From Antedon mediterranea (taxonomy: Eukaryota > Animalia > Echinodermata), in the NCBI RefSeq assembly GCF_964355755.1, contig NC_092679.1, positions 12,445,432 to 12,509,431 of the forward strand: a stretch of DNA of 64,000 nt. Direction: 5' to 3'. The notes beneath the pieces are model-generated. The model was given only the letters and a program-made list of their open reading frames with translations, had not been told where the DNA came from and made no database searches. Made by a program: the position numbers and the translations under genes. Positions 37,601 through 47,896 of this stretch are shown here, piece by piece (the first letter of the stretch is position 1; every line of letters starts with the position of its first letter).

Positions 37601-37619
37601 ATTGGATGATTTTAATTGA
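19633..37619 (+). CDS. POT1: Protection of telomeres 1, multi-exon, with an extra N-terminal OB fold
   Basis: Motifs: YTPLADL..G.IANVYGVVSYFKPPFRARGTDY, LP.V.SIGDVVRMHRLK, LKVWDG, VDVWVYDDH, VGQFITIKNLH, VHGGTKFGRG, CPKC x2, PWLDCCIK, YQLCDT. Approximate exons: 19633-19749, 20898-21044, 21410-21526, 22018-22107, 22745-22847, 23369-23505, 26481-26621, 27732-27898, 28237-28366, 28789-28938, 29483-29647, 30897-31053, 32081-32191, 36269-36357, 37359-37619. Confidence 0.92.
23627..23715 (+). mobile_element. Degenerate SINE head related to the 53235 SINE
   Basis: It shares CGGTTAA.ACAGTG ... GTTC.AGGCTC ... GGTTCTGGTGGTAGAA with 53235-53340. Confidence 0.55.
23893..26435 (-). mobile_element. L2/CR1-group LINE, 5'-truncated, in a POT1 intron
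   Basis: RT motifs NYRPISNL, QSAY..HSTETAL, LDLSAAFDTVDH, VPQGSVLGP and YADDTQIY are present. There is one premature stop at 24678-24680. The C-terminus reads LHWLPV...RAFSVTAPRLWNALP, followed by an (ATT)n tail. Confidence 0.92.
27020..27095 (-). repeat. tRNA-derived SINE head (not a functional tRNA)
   Basis: The minus strand reads GAGCTGTAGCTTAGTGGTTTAG...CTGGGTTGAACTCC, with box A/B-like motifs but poor stems. Confidence 0.5.
27102..27443. mobile_element. Kolobok-like MITE
   Basis: TIR AGATGTATTGTCC / GGACAATACATCT, flanked by TTAA on both sides. Confidence 0.8.
28322..28620 (+). repeat. Tandem duplications of a POT1 exon 3' end plus its splice donor
   Basis: GTTTGGGTGTATGATGACCATGTGGAG.CTGTATCAAATGTTAAG|GTGAGTTC is repeated at ~28416, with degenerate copies at ~28500 and ~28550. 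Confidence 0.85.
29677..29935 (-). mobile_element. tRNA-derived SINE
   Basis: Box B-like GAGATCGAATCC, central CTCTCCACCCAGGTGTACAAATGGG, and an L2-like tail with (ATT)n. Confidence 0.65.
31788..31912. mobile_element. MITE family (CTGTCTACAC...GTGTAGACAG); related copies at ~41216-41308, ~50880-50995 and ~56640-56735
   Basis: Terminal inverted repeat plus a shared internal TTTGACAAAAAAAGTGTGATGTGCCC motif. Confidence 0.75.
32355..35479. mobile_element. Academ-like DNA transposon derivative
   Basis: The ends are TAG...CTA with long (>240 bp) inverted arms and a 3-bp TSD CAA (32352-32354 / 35480-35482). An XPG-like remnant SLLFIHGIQGYDTTSHLFGIGK lies at ~34521-34588 (+), and a Cys-rich remnant GCSKMNCRCRKYGLDC at ~33630-33680 (-). 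Confidence 0.8.
33146..33536. mobile_element. TA-flanked Tc1/mariner-type MITE nested in the Academ-like element
   Basis: TACCGTATTTATTCGGATAAACGC ... GCATTTATTCAAATAAATGCGGTA inverted ends. Confidence 0.7.
35785..36022 (+). mobile_element. L2 LINE 3' end fragment
   Basis: It encodes HSWGDRTFSVAGPRLWNHLP..FKSLLKTHLF, followed by a GCGCC..GGCGC tail hairpin and (TTGA)n. Confidence 0.8.
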
Positions 37620-38262
37620 CATTGGGCCTCCATTTGGTATATTATACTACACAATTCTTTTTTTTAATAAAATAAAATTTTCACTTAATTAAATAAAATT
37701 GAATGTTTTGGCCATCTAAATTTTACAAATTAAAAAATGTTAATATTTTTCCTGATAGTTATTTATTTAATTTTTTATAATTAAATTTAAAAACAAAATC
37801 GTGCTGAACTAGACTCATAGACTAAACTCAGCAACTTTGACAATTTGGTAGCCCCTGGCGAAATCACACATTCAGTTTAATTAACGTCATTGGAATGTCC
37901 AGGAGGTTGTTTATGTAGTTGTTAGTTGCAGACCAGTGTGATAGTGTTATGATAATCGAGAAGAAACCTGCATCAGCGTTTATAAATTATATAGTTTACC
38001 AATTATATTAAATTCTGACCTTGTGTTGTTTCTGTACATATTCTTCCTTTTAATGAGTTCAAATATAGTTTAGTTTAATAGTATTAACCATAATTATTTT
38101 ATATTTAAGTCTAATTAAAAAAAAACATCAGAAGTATTTTTCTATGAAAATATTTTTTTAATTTTAATAATATTTTTCCTAATAGAGTATAGCAATCTTT
38201 TTAAATACAAACACAAATTGCGTTAATCTATAGCAGAATATTATTTTACAAGAAAGCTATTT

Positions 38263-38347
38263 ACCTTATTGTCACAATATCAAACTATTTTCTGTATAAA
38301 ATTATACGTTAAAAAACAGTCGTCATAAAACTATCAGATAAAAAGGT
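38263..38347 (-). promoter_or_regulatory. SECIS element (type II) in the SELENON 3' UTR
   Basis: The mRNA reads AUGA C GACUGUUUUUU AA C GUAUAAUUUUAUAC AGAAAAUAGUU UGAU (core 38326-38279). This gives an 11-bp helix II fully paired (with G-U pairs), an unpaired AA 12 nt after AUGA, an apical mini-stem and the GA/GA core. Confidence 0.85.
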
Positions 38348-38409
38348 TCCTTGTTACTTAATATTCAAACTATATGATAGTTTTTATGATATTTTTGTTA
38401 TTATTATAT

Positions 38410-38605
38410 ACAGATTTCCTCATCTTTATCGTTTCAAATTAATTAATTAAATTTCAGTATATCACCGGGCGGTTTAGAATTAAGGTTCTTTGCCTGATGT
38501 GTTTATATATAAACAAATCAGGCGAAGAACATTAATTCTAAACCGCCCGATGATATACTGAAATTTAATTAATTAATTTGAAACGATAAAGATGAGGAAA
38601 TCTGT
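38410..38605. repeat. 196-bp near-perfect palindrome (fold-back, MITE-like)
   Basis: ACAGATTTCCTCATCTTTATCGTTTCAAATT... pairs with ...AATTTGAAACGATAAAGATGAGGAAATCTGT, centred on TTTATATATAAA. Confidence 0.92.
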
Positions 38606-38989
38606 GAGAATGAGAAAAAGTATATATATATATATATATATTATTATTAATCATGATTTCTAACAAGCAAAACATAGTTCTGTTAAGAATGTTAATTAAC
38701 TAATGGCAGAGCAAAGCAATAACAAGTTAACTATTCTAACCTGACTAACTAGATGGAAGTACAGTAATAATTGTACAGTAACTTCAACCAAATAATTTGT
38801 AATAACAAAAAATAAGACTAAACTATTTGGATTGTTTTGGTCTGAAAGTTTAAAAGCGTTTTGCTTGAAAATGGTACTGTGTCATTCAAATATGCAGTTC
38901 CATGACTATTGCCGTATAACAACACGTTTAAACAAATTTACTTAAAACATTACTATAAAAGGTAAAAAAATAAAATATAAATAAGCCGT

Positions 38990-41900
38990 TTATGAACTCA
39001 TCCCAGCCTTGGCAAGACTCTCTCGCAAAAATTTATCGTAGGAACTGGTAAGTGGATCTGTAAAAATGCTGGAAAAAACAAAATTCAATGTTAAAATGAT
39101 GCAATGTATAGTTTATTCTAGTTTTTTAATAAGCAATAATATCTAGATATGACCATAAATATTTAATCACGACAACATTTTTTTTATCAAAAGAATTTAA
39201 ATAATAGCTACGAGAAAATCATTAAAAAAAAATCATTGTTTTTGTGAAACATTTTTTGGATCATAGTTGAAATCAAACAAGTCAAGTCAATTTAAGTCTC
39301 TGTTCTAATGAATACTAGTATATAATGTCAATGTATCAATATTTTTAATTTGTGCTTTAGTATGTACTAAACATTATTTTAAAAAGGAAGCATCACAACC
39401 ATTACTTGTACAGAATATACTCAGATGCTTAACTTTTAATACTATTTGAATTTAATTAAGTCTTAAGTAATTTCAGGAAAGAGTGAAATTACATTTCCCT
39501 AGTAATTTATAGAAATTAAGAATTAATTAAAAAGAAAAGGAATTATTAAGTAAGAAAAGGTCCCAATTGTTGATTTGTGTCAAAGTTTGAAAGAGTTATA
39601 TATGGTATCAACATGATTTGTAAAACTTGCTAGAATTCTTACTAACCTTAGAATATTTGATTCTGAATCATCACTGCTTTTGTCAAGTAAATCATTAGCA
39701 TTGATATGATTTACAACTGTACCATTTGGAAACTGAACCAAGATTTCTACTGGAAAACTACAAGAATTATAATTAAAGAAATCATGGTTAGTAACAACTG
39801 AAACTAGAAAATTCAGCAATTGACAAACCGTTATTAGATAAACTACATAGTAGGATTTTGTAAGTGGTCATATTCACCAATGGCATTGAATAAATGCAGT
39901 TGTTGTGCAGTAGACACAGCAGTGCTACAGGAAATCAAATCAGTTTGAATTCATGCAACAATGTAAAGGCAGACGCAAGAGATTAGTAGTCAAATCAGGG
40001 CCGTAGCCAGGATCTGTCAAGGGGGGGGTTCGCACACTAAGTATTTGGGTCCCCCCTGGGGTGGGGCCTGAGGCGAAGCAAATTTTGTTAAATGACACCC
40101 CTAGATGGCCGGAAAAGACACTCTCATGCAGCATGCTACCAATGAGCAAAACGATCGTACTTGGACTCGTGGACTATTTAAACGATAACATTTGTTGCCG
40201 TATGTTAGATGCGCGTGCTCTGAGCGGAACCGCCGATTGTTTGATCATTTACTCGATATTTTGTTTTGCGTTCAAGTTCAATGCGAACACACAAAATGCA
40301 ATTCTTATTATAGCTCTATCTATAATATTTATTTACAGCAATTTGTTGAGGAAATTAAATATGCCAATGTAAATAGGTGATATTGATACATTTGAGTATG
40401 TATCGGCTGGTGGTCTAGAAAAAAATAATCGGATGCCATAATGTGAACTACAGTACATGATACCATAGATATTATAGTGTAAAATATTAATATTCACTAT
40501 AATCCTCTGATACATTATACTTCATAGCCACACATAAATACTGATGTATGTCGGAAGGCTATATACTTTATGCATGCTGCCTGACTGCCAGTGATCTAAA
40601 CAATTGGTACGCAGTTGTCTGGCGGTGTCCTTTGTACGAATCGTTCATCCCCCAGCTCGCTGTGAGACGCGTCAATATCATGTTACATGCAGGGACCAAA
40701 CATTTATTTTTCAGGTTAAAATCGGCAATTCATTTGCAACTCTTTACAGACTATATCGCTCGAAGTACGCTCATACAGGGAAGAAGGTACTGTATGAGTT
40801 ATTCCGAACGAGTTTACAAATTTTTTAATTTACGAACAACTTTTTGTACTGTGGGGCACATATTTGGACGATTTTCGGAGATGAGGGTGAGGTATTGGGC
40901 ATGTCGGGGATGGGGGTTCGCAGTCGGTTAAGGGGGGTTCGCTGTAAAGGGGGGGTTCGCCCGAACCATAAAAACCCCCCCTGGCTACGGGCCTGCAAAT
41001 ATGTTAGGAGAACAAGGTTACGCAGGTGGGAAAAACACTTGTTGGACAGGCATTTTCGTATGTTGTATCACTGGTGGGAACAACCTTTAGTAAGATATTT
41101 CCCTTAAATACTCAAATATTTATAGGTTTCTATTCACTTTAATTTTAAGGGTAATTGTTTCACTAATAATCAATGGTGAATATGGTCACTGGACTTGGAC
41201 AGAATATCAAACAAAGCTCTGTCTACACCATAAAACTAGTTTGACAAAAAAAGTGTGAGGGCACATCACATTTTGCTGTTACATAAATTTTGATAGTGTA
41301 GACAGAGCCTGGACTCTGGAAATGTTGGGAAAGCACCAGAAACACCAAACTTTCAATTCAATTAATCAACATTTTGAGTTTTTTGTATGACTTTGAGATT
41401 GCTATATTTGAACAGGATTCATCTCATCGATGACCGTTAATAATGAATGATAGAAAGAAATAATATAAAGCTAATGGTTTAATTGTGCAAGTTACAGAAC
41501 CACTCGGGTGTATCCACCATCCATCACTGCTGTATGTAAATTATTGTATATGTACAACAGACTTGGCATACTTATTGTAAAGGTAAAGGCTCACTCAGCA
41601 TACACTGAACTATGTGCCTATCGTTTAGCAACGTGATGCTTAGAATTTGGCTGATAAATGCATATCTTTGGTAAGTAGTGTATTTTGGTTCCTAACAGTA
41701 CGTACTATTTTGTTGGTTAGTTAAATTACATAAATTTACAATTAAGGTTAACCAAATGTGAAAAATGTGTTAGCTGTTCCATTTATAATGATAAACTATC
41801 TATCTACCTGCTATCAAAACACCGGAAGCAGGTCTTTTTGGGTTGTTGATTTGTCCATAATTATTGTATTTTTTCAGGGGTTTCCCATAATTTAAGGCCA

Positions 41901-44900
41901 AATTATAATTTTCACAGTAATTAGTTTCATAGTACTAGAAAACACTGCCTTTATGTTTGGTAAATAAAGTTTAATGATATTTATTTTAATGATATTTCTC
42001 TTTTCCAAGATGAGACCTCTGCAATAACCTGGCAGATTTGTATTGCTGAAGTTGTCACTAAGAGATAAGAAGGTGAAAGTACTGCAGTGTTTCATGGTCC
42101 AATTGTAAGTACTGGTATAGTCGATATTTTATTTACTGTCTTAAGGTCAATAATACAGTATTTGGATTTTGGAATCTAATCAGTGCTGATGGTACACTAG
42201 TGTTTACCCAAAGTACTTACAATATATTTAATTGGAAATTTCTTCCGGGACAAGCATGGCAAAGCTTCTCCCTCGCTGGCGCTACACTTGAATTGAATGC
42301 TACTGTTATCAGTCAATATACTTACGTGTAAGCATCTAAAGAGAGTGATGCAAATTGACCAGCTGCCTGGTCAGCAGAGTTCTTCTGCAAATTCTTCAAT
42401 TCATCAACTAACGACCAAGAGCTAATGAAATTATCCTGAAGGAGTTGCAGTACGGGCGAACTCTCGAGAGCACTCTCTCGAAGAGTCCGCCCCGAACCTA
42501 TAAATAAAACAAATGATTTAACAATTATAGGAGCTTCAATTATTTTTCTTCCTACTTGGCTACAGCGGTGTACAGTTGCTATAGATTTACACAGCAAAAA
42601 CATTCTTATATGTTAAAAATGTGAATATTTCATTTTAAATAAGTTGTACAAGATTAAAAGTCAATATTTGTAACTATATTTCATACCTCAGCAGGATTGA
42701 TCATCTAATGCTCCCCACAAGAGCAGTGAATGCACAAGTTTTTTTTCACTTTCTGCTTTTCTAAATGCTTCTTCAAATGAAAAATAGGAAACCTAAACAG
42801 ATCAAATTTGTGTATTAACATCTTTTCTTGCAATAATCCAAGTTGTCTAAAGTCCAGTTGTACATTGTAAGGTGGTTTGTACATATCAAGTAAAGTGTAG
42901 TCTCCCCATACCGACCACTCTTGTACAGTTTTTTTGTGAATGCTGATTTGCATTTTTTCCTAGGCCAGCCAAGTTGGGCTTAGCGTTACATACTCATAAA
43001 GCTGTATTTTATCCTCCAACATCATGAAAAATGAAGAATTATTACTACTATTCTATAATACTACTGTATTTAGTAGTTTTAATCAAGTTATTCACTTCTA
43101 TAGGTAAAAAAGGGGACATTATATCTTTAACATTAAAAAAAGAACTGTACCTTTTTAAATGGATAAAGTTTAACCTCTAATGTTTTTAAAGCTTCTTCTT
43201 GTGTAACCTCCTCATCCCAAATGATGTTTTCTAATGGCTGTTTCTGACTAAGGTCAGGCTGATTCAAGATGTTTCCCTGCTCATCATAAAGTGTTATCTA
43301 AAATAGCAATCCGAGTTAACAGAAGAGGCAATTTACACAGAGGAACGCGGAACAGTAAGCAGAAAACTGCATGCTTGCCTCACGTAGAACCTGTATCTGT
43401 CCTAAGACGCTAAAAAAGAACATAGATTCAATTTTTTTTCTCGCTTACTGTTACCGCTTGTCTGTGTACAATATGTAGTTCATACAATCATACATGATGG
43501 CTTAATTTCCGAAATGCCCATGATGAGGTTTATCCAACGTTTTTACTCTTTCGTTTGTGTTTTAAAGTCTTTGTTCATTCTTAGTTTCATTGACATTAGG
43601 TCTCAATTTTTGTGTTGTTGGCAGTGTCTTTCTTGATCATGATATAATAGAGAGAAATTAAATGCAGTTTAACATCCCCTATTGAAATATATTGCTTAGA
43701 CGTCTGTGTCGGTCACAGGGACAATCATAAACCCTGATACTGTTCACTAATTTGAACAAAGATCGTGAACAATGTAGAATTTTAGGATAATATTTTGCTA
43801 CAAAAAATGGATCTAATTTCAAGATATGGCAGGTTTTGTCTGCAAATATTGCACTGACGTTTTGTACTCTTTATGTTTTTTTATTGGTATAAAATTTGTC
43901 ATTTAATACTATTAATGTTATGATTTACAATGTCTTATCTGATTATCATAGTCATTAAGAAAGTAAGCAAATATTGTATTAAATTTTTGTTTGAATTTCA
44001 GAAATGTAAATAATGTTGTACAGTGTATAGGGAAGTGAACCAAAATCGTAATACCTGCTCTGAAGCCATATCTGCATTTAGTTCCATCTGTGGCATAAAG
44101 CCAATGTCGACTTCCATGTTTTCAGTCTCACTTGGACCATTCAACCATTCCATATCTGCACAAAAGATATGTCACATGTTACAATTCTATATAGGAATTA
44201 GGTTAATGTTAGGGAAAAACAATATGTGTCATTGTATTTATGAACTTGCCCATGATACTACACAAATTGACATTTGCATAGATACACAAGAAGAATAAGC
44301 TTGTAAGAGTATATTTTCTTTGTTATATTTTTAGATTAACCTAGTTCAATACTCCACCAATCAATTCACTGTATACATATTATAAATATTTCCTCAATTG
44401 GTTGTACCTACTACAATATAAGGAAACAAATGTTTCTATATTTATCCCTAAAACATATATTGAAATATACAACACCTTGGCGACAACATATTACCCTTTG
44501 GTGACACACTTCAACGCAAGGATGTAAGCTTGCCGCAAGTAATTGGACCAATTACGACGCAATAGATCTTCCAAACTATCAATTGTGATTGGTTAACCCA
44601 ATTTGAGCCTATCATTAGGCACAATTAAATTTGAATCCTAATTAAAGACAAACTCAAGGACTTACAAAAACAAGTGACGGGTCAAGGAACTGTCACAATA
44701 CTTGCGTTGCTAATACATTGTTGCTTTACTCATACATTGTTGTGTTGTATATATACAGTCGACTCTCTCAAAACCAGACTTTTCCTAAGATCCAAACGGT
44801 CCCAAAATCGTTTTTACCATTAAAAACTCATTCCAAATACCAGACTTTTGGGAAAACCAGACATAATAGGCCAGTCCAAAGGTATCTGGTGTTGGGAGAG

Positions 44901-47582
44901 TTGACTGTATTTATGTTGCATCCCAATAGAAACTAAGCACAAAATAAACTTGCAATCGCAACAAAAAAAACACCTACCAACATTAAGGCTCTTATTTGTT
45001 GGCACATATAGATTAAATGATCTGACATGGGTTGCATCTTTTCGCATTATGATGTTGCCCGTAAATTGTGCTGGTGTAAACCAAAATGGATTGGATGGAG
45101 GCACGTTTAACTGAAACTCAGCATGTATTCTGAAAGAAATGTGAAAATAAAAACAATTTTATATAGCTGTACATAAATTTTTTTTTTTTATGAAATCAAG
45201 GTCTTTTCTAACTAAACTATCAACATGTCTCAAAAGTTTCAAAACAATGCAAAATGAATATTCTCATAATATATATATTGGGTTCATTTATTTGTTTAAA
45301 TATTTGTATATTAAAAACTAGACAATGGATTGGAATAACACTTTCTTTCACCTATCTAAATTTGGAAACAAATCTGATTTATTTCTTTTCAGTGCTGACC
45401 GCTTTATCATTCACATTTGTTTGCCAATCTTAGTATGTTTTGCTCGAAAGAAGAAAACAATTTTTTTATACAGGCCTAAGTGTGTGCAAGCTGGTGGCTG
45501 ACAAGAACTGTGTAATCTATTTCCCATCACAATATCTTTAAACAAGGTGTCAAAAGTGTATTTTCCAAACTGGGTTTACAATATTTAAACTACAGAGTTG
45601 AGTTGGCCACATTCTTGCATTGCAGAACCTGGGCTGATTTACTACACTACAGCTCACTACATTTTTCATTTCATTCACATTTATTTCAAACAGTTCAAGA
45701 AAAAAAACAAGCATACATTTACAATAAGTTAAATGGTAACAATCGATAGGATTCTGTCTCTTGCGGACGATCAAAACATATTGATCAAAACATCGAGAAA
45801 CTCAACAGTTCTTTTCAGAACTAACATACATGGTGTACCGCAAACTTTATATCAACAATCGATAGGAGCTTAAACTTACAGTATAATATTGCACAAAATC
45901 TTTAAAATCAGTACCGTAATACTGAAAGTGTTGTATAAAACAGAAAAAAGTAAAATGAAAGTAAATACCTAAAGACAACATCAACATAGAAAGCATTCTG
46001 GGCCCTGATAAGAGCCACGGCCCCTTGTGGTCCAAACCTTGAACGTACAAATGGCTTTTCATGGAACATTGACAGTAACTTGTAAACGATCACCTCTTTT
46101 CCTTTTACTTTTGGGGGATAGAAACGATTACTGGATATCTGCGTAGTTAACATGTTTAAGTTTGAAGAAATCACTGTGTATGCTTCTCCTACTGGCAAAA
46201 CTTGATCTGGTAGAAATGCTTTGAACTTTGACACTGGAAAGCCTTCTATTGGTTTTGCTGCAACCTTCCAGTTGTTTAAGCCGATTAATGAATCTGCATT
46301 CATCTTCAAAAATAAATTTAAAATGCCAGTGAATCACATTTAAATTGAATGAATTCAAACTTACATAATGTTGTTTTGAGGTGGAAAGAAGGGCCTCACA
46401 CGGCAGGATTTTTTCATTTCTTATGTTTTAATTTTATAGTATTGAGGAGACACTTCTATTAACACTTTTTGATGAAATGAACAGGAAGCAATAGGTATAT
46501 TTTAAAACTATGGCAAAGCCCTGTTGAGGAGACAAGTCTATTAAGGAAAAATTATTTGCTTCGTCCTGAACCTAATAGGATTTCTCTTTGTAGTGGGAAG
46601 ACCAGGAATAAATGAAATACGAACATAAACATTTTTTGACAAATGAATAAAATACATAATGAAAAATAAATATATTAATATAACATTGTCATTGTGTTTT
46701 CAATATTTAAAATTCATTGAAAATGTGTTAAAATATCAGATTATGTTTACAGATACAAATATAAATATATAGACTTACAGATAGTAAATCTTTACGTTTG
46801 GACATAGTTTCCTGAAGTAAAGGTTTAAAGAAAGATTGGACAGTGAGCACCTCTTCGTTTGGATCCACTTCCTCTTCTTCTAATAAAAACGGTTCATTTT
46901 CTTCCTGTAGAAATTACATAATTATATTGGTTATATTGGGGGTGCACGCTCACTCACTGACAGACAATCTATTAGATTCTATCAACTTGTTTAAATCCTT
47001 GATCCGCCTGTTCAGTGCTATATTTATATAGTCTTTTCTTGCTTCGCTGTCCAGATTGTTAAAGTATCGTTTAATCAATTTACTGTACAAGTTACTATTC
47101 AAGGTAAGGAAGTGACTATAGACACAGTCAACTGTATAAATACACGTCACTCAAAGTTGTGTGGGTTTATTTAGGCCTAGCCTAATAATAGATAGTAAAT
47201 GCGCTACTTGTCCTTAATATTAATAATTATTTAATATTAATTAGGCCTAGCCTAGGCCTAATAAGTTTTTTCTTACCATTTCAACAAGCCTGCCAATGAT
47301 GGGTTCAAACTCAAATATATCAATGTACCCATCTCCATCGCGATCAAACGATTTAAAAATTTGTAGAGCATTGTCACCAAAGTGTGTACTGAAAATTTCC
47401 TCCATCTCTTCCACCATTCGCCGGTGTCTTTCGCGTAGAAAAACCCCTACCGAAACTGCCACGATCACAACTAAACAGGCTACAATAAAACGACAACCTG
47501 GCCTACGCTTTTGGGAAACTTTTGTATCGTTTTTTCCCTTGTTCACTTTATCAGTGTCTACTTTATTCGTTGATTTGACCAT
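38990..47582 (-). CDS. SELENON: Selenoprotein N with in-frame UGA (Sec) at 42690-42688
   Basis: N-terminal TM, EF-hand [85 protein letters not shown]. Approximate exons: 47582-47277, 46904-46779, 46303-45969, 45129-44980, 44156-44054, 43297-43151, 42792-42687, 42497-42326, 39757-39647, 39068-38990. Confidence 0.95.
39996..40995. mobile_element. Non-autonomous hAT-like DNA transposon, 1000 bp, 5-bp TSD
   Basis: TIR CAGGGCCGTAGCCAGG / CCTGGCTACGGGCCTG, with TSD CAAAT at 39991-39995 and 40996-41000. Confidence 0.85.
42454..42492 (-). promoter_or_regulatory. Selenocysteine redefinition element (SRE) hairpin of SELENON
   Basis: GGGCGGACUCU U CGAGAG AGUG CUCUCG AGAGUUCGCCC forms a 17-bp stem that starts 6 nt after the UGA in the spliced mRNA, as described for vertebrate SELENON. 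Confidence 0.88.
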
Positions 47583-47896
47583 TTCACTGAAATGTTAGTT
47601 TCTTTACCGATAAAATACTACATTTTACAGTAGTTAAAAAGTAAGTTTCACTACCACCCCACTTCCTCTTCGCTCGCTCCGATTTTTGTTGATGTTTTTA
47701 CGGCGTGTAAAGGTCAAAGGTTAAGTTGAGTTCGCCCATCCAGAACGACGACTGACCTGGATAATTTTGTCAACAACTGGCCTAGCCTAGCCATCAACAC
47801 AACTAGGGGCCTACCTAGTCTTTGTTGTTGCCCAAGGACTAGACCTACTCACACTCTTCTAGCCTAGCTAGCTAGGCTTCCTTCCTTGCAAACAAG
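47583..47896. promoter_or_regulatory. Putative bidirectional promoter, SELENON/AP5M1
   Basis: The divergent start codons are only ~314 bp apart. The region is CpG-containing and has an ETS-like CACTTCC and the DR1-like AAGGTCAAAGGTTA. Confidence 0.65.

Noticed and set aside
37850-37905. Second SECIS-like stem (AUGAC...AAA...UGAU) on the minus strand
   Set aside because: Only ~8 nt separate AUGA and the AAA loop, and helix II pairs poorly. The 38279-38326 candidate fits much better.
42800-43025. Alternative SELENON exon or nested gene
   Set aside because: It contains a stop, has no recognisable homology, and the flanking exons already join in frame (YPFKK|VSYF).
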